A stretch of 64,000 nucleotides of DNA from Eledone cirrhosa (taxonomy: Eukaryota), in contig OZ024744.1 in assembly GCA_964016885.1 (NCBI GenBank), forward strand, positions 70,246,001-70,310,000, given 5' to 3'. The position numbers were made by a program, and so were the translations under genes. The notes under the pieces were generated by a model. It was not told the origin of the DNA. It saw only the letters and a list, made by a program, of their open reading frames with translations, and made no database searches. Positions 58,423 through 64,000 of the stretch are shown here, piece after piece (within the stretch, counting starts at the first letter, position 1; every line of letters starts with the position of its first letter).

Positions 58423-58665
58423 GAGTTTCTTGCTTTTGGAGCTGGTGGCTGATGATTTTACTTATGGCGATGTCCTTGGTTGAATATAAGTAGCTACCCT
58501 CTTCCTCCCCCCATACTTCCCTTCTTCCCCCCCCCCCCCAACCCACCCTTCCTGTCCCTGCATTACCCCCACATTCAAAACCTCCATCTCCTCCCCCCCT
58601 CTCTCTCTCTTTCTCTCTCTTTCTCTCTCTTTCTCTCTCACACCCTCTGTTTCTGCCTCTCTCTT

Positions 58666-58767
<102 letters not shown>

Positions 58768-58855
58768 AAGAGAAAGATATATATATATATATAGATATAG
58801 ATATAGATAGATACATATAGTTATAGATATAGATATGTATGTACATGTACATGTG

Positions 58856-58888
<33 letters not shown>

Positions 58889-59934
58889 ATTTATATATAT
58901 TTATATATATATTTATATATATTTATATATACACATGTATATATATATATATATATATGTGTGTGAGTGCGTGTATAAACATATATATGTATGTAAGTAT
59001 ATATATATGTGTGTGTGTATGTATATATGTGTGTGTGTATGTATATATGTATTTATATATATATATATATGTATGTTTATATGTATATATGTATGTGTAT
59101 ATATATGTATGTTTATATGTATATATGTATGTTTATATGTATATATGTATGTATGTTTATATGTATATATGTATATATATGTATGTAGTATGTATGTTTA
59201 TATGTATATATGTATGTATGTTTATATGTATATATATGTATATATATATATGTATGTAGTATGTATGTTTATATGTATATATGTATGTATGTTTATATCT
59301 ATATATGTATATATATATGTATGTATGTTTATATGTATATATGTATATGTATATATATGTATGTAGTATGTATGTTTATTTGTATGTGTATATATGTGTG
59401 TGTGTGTATCTCCTTGCTACTGGTTGTACTGGCTGGACTGTTCGCTAGTGGCTGCTTTGCCTTCGTTTGCTTTACTTTACTTTACTGATATAGATTTCCC
59501 CTCCTTTCGTTCACCCCCTCAACGTTTATCCCAGCGCCTCCCCTTTATTTTTTCCACACATGCACCACACATCTCCCACCTCCCTGTTGTACCATCGTCG
59601 CCTTTTTCCCCCTCCCTCTTGTCCGTCTTCTGTTGCTCACTGAGGCGTGTAACTATCTAAGCTGGAATTGGCTGCGTGATATAGTTTTAACAGAATTCAG
59701 CCTAGGACTTAGAACGCTATGTTAAACAGCAGGAGATCAGTCTCGTTCGGCAATCAGCAGTAGGTAAGCAGCGGTATGCTAGCAGTGGCTCGGCAGTAGT
59801 AAGTAAGTGAGCTAGCAGGCAGGTCCTAAGGGATGTAGATAGAGTAAGACAGAGAGAGAGAGAGAGTGAGAGAGAGAGAAGTAAAAAAGGAGAGAGACAG
59901 AGAGAGAGAGAGAGCCCTCGTATATGATAGTATA

Positions 59935-61547
59935 AAATGCTAAAAATAGTAGTCAAATCTACTTCAAATCACACCTCTATCTCATAAAATACTAAAATGT
60001 TAGAAATAGTAGACAATTTTCATAGAATATCACCTTAGAAAATGCTAGATACAGCAGCCAAATTTCCTTCAAATTAAACACACTACAGTCTTTAAAAATA
60101 TTAAAAATAACAGCAAACTCACTACCCAAATCATAACGCTGCTCTCTTTTTAAAAAATGCTAGAATGTGCTAAAATCATAGAAATAACAGGTAAATATCT
60201 TACTTCTAATATCTTAGAAAATAATAGAGATATCAGACAAATTACACCCACAACCCTAAAAATACTATAAAATACTAGAAATAGCAACCAAATCTCCTTT
60301 CAAATTATAACACTGCTGTTTTAGTAAATGCCAAAAATTCTAGAAATAACGGCGAAATCCCCCTCAAAAGTACACTATAATTAGCAACGAAATCTCTCTC
60401 AAAACACACACCTACTATCTTATGTGCTGAGTTGAAATAAGGTTTTCTTGCTGTGTGCAGTGATTGAAACTTAAATGTGCACATGATAGGCGTCAGGTGT
60501 CTAGGTTGCATATGGAGGACACGTTTGTGTGCTGAAAATTAGGGAGAAATTAAGGACTGTTGGCTATTATTTCGAATTGGCAGTATCGGTAGAGGGTTGG
60601 ACGCCATGCTTTGATGCATAGAGTTACGGCCCTTGCCATTCTGAGTTCAAATCCCGCCGAGGTTAACTTTGCCTTTCAACCTTACGGGGTCGATAAAATA
60701 AAGTACCAGTAATGTACTGGGTTATTGCTGGCCTTGTGCCAATAGTAAAAATAATTGTTTCTACTTTTGGCACAAGGCCAGCAATTATTCCAGTGCATTA
60801 CTGGTACTTTATTTTATCGACCCCGTAGGGATGAAAGGCAAAGTTAACCTCGGCGGGATTTGAACTCAGACCATAAAGGGCCGTAACTCTTTGCTGAAAA
60901 GCATGGCGTCTGACCCTCTACCGATACTGCCAATCCACCAGCCTTCAATTTATAAGATAATATAGGCAAATTTGAGGGATTTTAGTAACTTTTTCTAACA
61001 CTTTAGCATTTTCTTAGAAACGGGACTGAGGATTGAAGGAGATTTGGCTGCTATTTCTAGAATTTTCTCAGACATTAGGCGTAAGATTTGGGAGAGAAAT
61101 TTCGCTGCTATTTCTAACATTTTAGATTATGAGTGTGATTTGAGCGAGATTTGTCTGCTATTTCGAACATTTTGATATTTACTCTTTTACTCTTTTACCT
61201 GTTTCAGCCATCCGGCTGAGGCCATGCTGGGGCACCGCCCTTGAGTACGATTTGAAAGCAATTTAGGTGCTATTCCTAGTAGAGGTGTATGATTGGATAG
61301 AGAGATCTGGTTGCTATGTCTAGCATTTTCTGTCACAGTTGTGGTGAAATTTGAGGGAGATTTAACTGCTATTTCTAGCATTTAAGGTTTTACTAAGACG
61401 GTTTGGGAGGGATTTGTCTACTATTTCAAATATTTTCTATGTCAGTGAGGTGTGCGATTTGATGAAGTTTTGGTTTCTATTTCTAGCAGTTACTAAGACA
61501 GTAACTATGTTTAAATCGAAAGAGATGTTTAACTGCTATTTCTAGCA
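59935..61547. repeat. Inverted arrays of about 50-bp subrepeats (foldback-like)
   Basis: Forward units 59935-60422, reverse units about 60540-61547. Confidence 0.65.
60576..60940. mobile_element. Two tRNA-derived SINEs tail-to-tail
   Basis: Plus 60576-60752, minus 60751-60940. Confidence 0.9.
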
Positions 61548-62067
61548 ACATCAAGAGACCACGTAGAGAAAGACAAAGCAGCCTGTCTATACTACCTAAC
61601 CATCGCCCATCACCATCCCATCCCTCCACTCTCCAGCTGATTAATTAGTTGCGTAATCGTTGTTAAGTGTTTGATACTGTTTACATAGCTAAATAATTCG
61701 TAGGTGATTTAGACAAAACGCATGGTTAGCTAAATTCTGTACTCAGCTACACAGGTCATTTTGTGCTGTCTAAACAAGATTTTCTGACAGCGCAATGAGT
61801 GTGTGACATGTATATCTTATGACGGTTGTAACGGAAACTGTTGTTTTTGCTAGTGTTGTAAAGTTTTTTTTTAATGTTTTGTAGGGGTTTTTTGTGTAGA
61901 CAAATGATGTGGAAACATTCTTGTTAATATACATCAAAAGTAGATGTCCCTTTTTGCCTATAAACGAGGATGAGCCATCCCTTCTTCTCTAGGAGTAACA
62001 AATACATACATACATGCACACACACACACACACATACACACACGCACACACACACATATATATATAG

Positions 62068-62255
62068 TAATAATTGTTTCTACTTTAGGCACAAGGCCAG
62101 CTATTACCCAGTACATTACTGGTACTTTATTTTATCGACCCCGTAAGGATGAAAGGCAAAGTCAACCTCGGCGGGATTTGAACTCAGATCGTAAAGGGAC
62201 ATAACTATGCTGGAAAGCATGGCGTCCGACCCTCTACCGATACTGCCAATCCACC
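62068..62255 (-). mobile_element. tRNA-derived SINE
   Basis: Major family. Confidence 0.9.
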
Positions 62256-62342
62256 CAAAACCCAAAGAGGGGTCGATATTCATATATATATATATAATAT
62301 ATATAAAAGAAATATATATATAAAAGAAATATATATATAGAG

Positions 62343-62690
62343 AGAAATATTAAAACAATGAAATTAAACAAAAAACGGTTAATTCATAGTAAAACTCATT
62401 ATTTTACGATCGTTTCCGTACCTCCATTCTATTATTAATCTATGTAAAACATATTACAAAATATCAGAGTAAGAAAAAGATATATACGTCTTCACTACCC
62501 GCCGTCTTCAGAAATAATGGGTAGTGAAGACGTATGTATCTTTTCTTACTATGATATTTTGTAATATATTTTACATAGACCAATAATAGAATGGACATAC
62601 GGGGAACTACCCCCCAGAAACGATCGTAAAATAATTAGTTTTACTATGAATTAACTGTTTTGTGTTTAATTTCATTATTTTAATATTTCT
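62343..62690. mobile_element. Fold-back element with hammerhead bearing a very large stem II
   Basis: Minus 62397-62519 CATTATTT-CTGAAGA-(about 90 nt)-GAA-ACGATCGT-A-AAATAATG. Confidence 0.75.
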
Positions 62691-62835
62691 ATTTTTTACT
62701 CTGTATCCAATGAATTATATCGTTGAAAAATGTTGTATTTTAAACTTTGCTTCACGACATCTTCTACATACGGATTACATTGAGTTCTTCATACGGTTTA
62801 GACCCTACTATTGATTGGTAGATTTATCTGTGTTG

Positions 62836-62890
<55 letters not shown>

Positions 62891-62953
62891 ACAGAGCAAA
62901 TATTTATTATAAGAACAGATTAAAGTTTAAGCAAAGAATCGGTGCTTTCACCC

Positions 62954-63049
<96 letters not shown>

Positions 63050-63141
63050 AGGGAGAAATAGACGATTATTAGGAAGAAAAATATATTCTTTTTCTTTTAT
63101 CTTTTTCTGTTTTTTGGGGGTTAGAAAATGTTTAAAACAAA

Positions 63142-63189
<48 letters not shown>

Positions 63190-63269
63190 AATATCAGTTT
63201 TGCAAGAGATGTCAACATGAATGGACCTGTTATTTTTATCTAAAGACTTTTTTTCCAATTCCAACCCGC

Positions 63270-63730
<461 letters not shown>

Positions 63731-63783
63731 AGTATATACAAGACATATTCGGTTGATCAAAGTATGTTTGAGTAGATTACGCT

Positions 63784-63824
63784 AGGCTGATGAGGTCCAA
63801 AGAGTCTGAAACATATTAGTAGCT
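63784..63824 (+). ncRNA. Degenerate hammerhead
   Basis: CTGATGA-GGTCCAAAGAGTCT-GAAAC-ATATTA-GT-A; stems imperfect. Confidence 0.45.
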
Positions 63825-64000
63825 CTCTCCCCTTCAACTGCAAACAAAATCTGCTTTACTTTTCTTCCTCTAAATCCCGAAAATTTCTCTCCCCCCCTCT
63901 CTATACATATATATCTTTCTCTCTCTCTGTCTCTTCTGTTACATCATCTCCTCTCCTTCTCAAATTATCTCTTACCTTTTCTCTTCTCCCCCCACACTAC

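Noticed and set aside
58449-58480. Isolated CTGANGA hits (also 961, 2436, 23150, 23768, 34863)
   Set aside because: No matching GAAA-stem III-UH; expected by chance.
61620-61960. Non-repetitive-looking stretch with a weak hairpin (possible miRNA or conserved element)
   Set aside because: Pairing insufficient by eye and no comparative data.

Overview
AT-rich, microsatellite-saturated animal DNA with no recognisable host gene. The tRNA-derived SINEs and the (TA)n/(TACA)n load suggest a cephalopod such as Octopus (inference). Nearly all ORFs in the track are microsatellite artefacts. The real coding remnants are retroelements: a 3'-truncated Tx1/L1-like LINE (35.2-38.6 kb), CR1-type and RTE fragments, and a Penelope-like (PLE) GIY-YIG endonuclease fragment (50.2-50.7 kb). 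Main observation: read by eye, the window holds about 20 hammerhead-ribozyme motifs (intact, degenerate or half) from more than ten unrelated short-element families. Most are type I with a palindromic stem III (ACCGGT, ACAATTGT, ATGATCAT, ATGCGCAT, ACGCGCGT, ACGATCGT, ATATATAT, ACGT). They sit in or beside (TA)n tracts, are often followed by AATAAA, and are often arranged as fold-back inverted repeats. One lies just 3' of the GIY-YIG ORF, tying the set to PLEs. Core variants include U3-A8 covariation, U10.1-U11.1, an extra base after A9, and stem II expanded to 60-110 nt. The PLE-hammerhead link is established knowledge. The density, family diversity, core variants and (TA)n-associated palindromic mini-element architecture are what deserve follow-up. 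All folds were done by eye and none has been tested.
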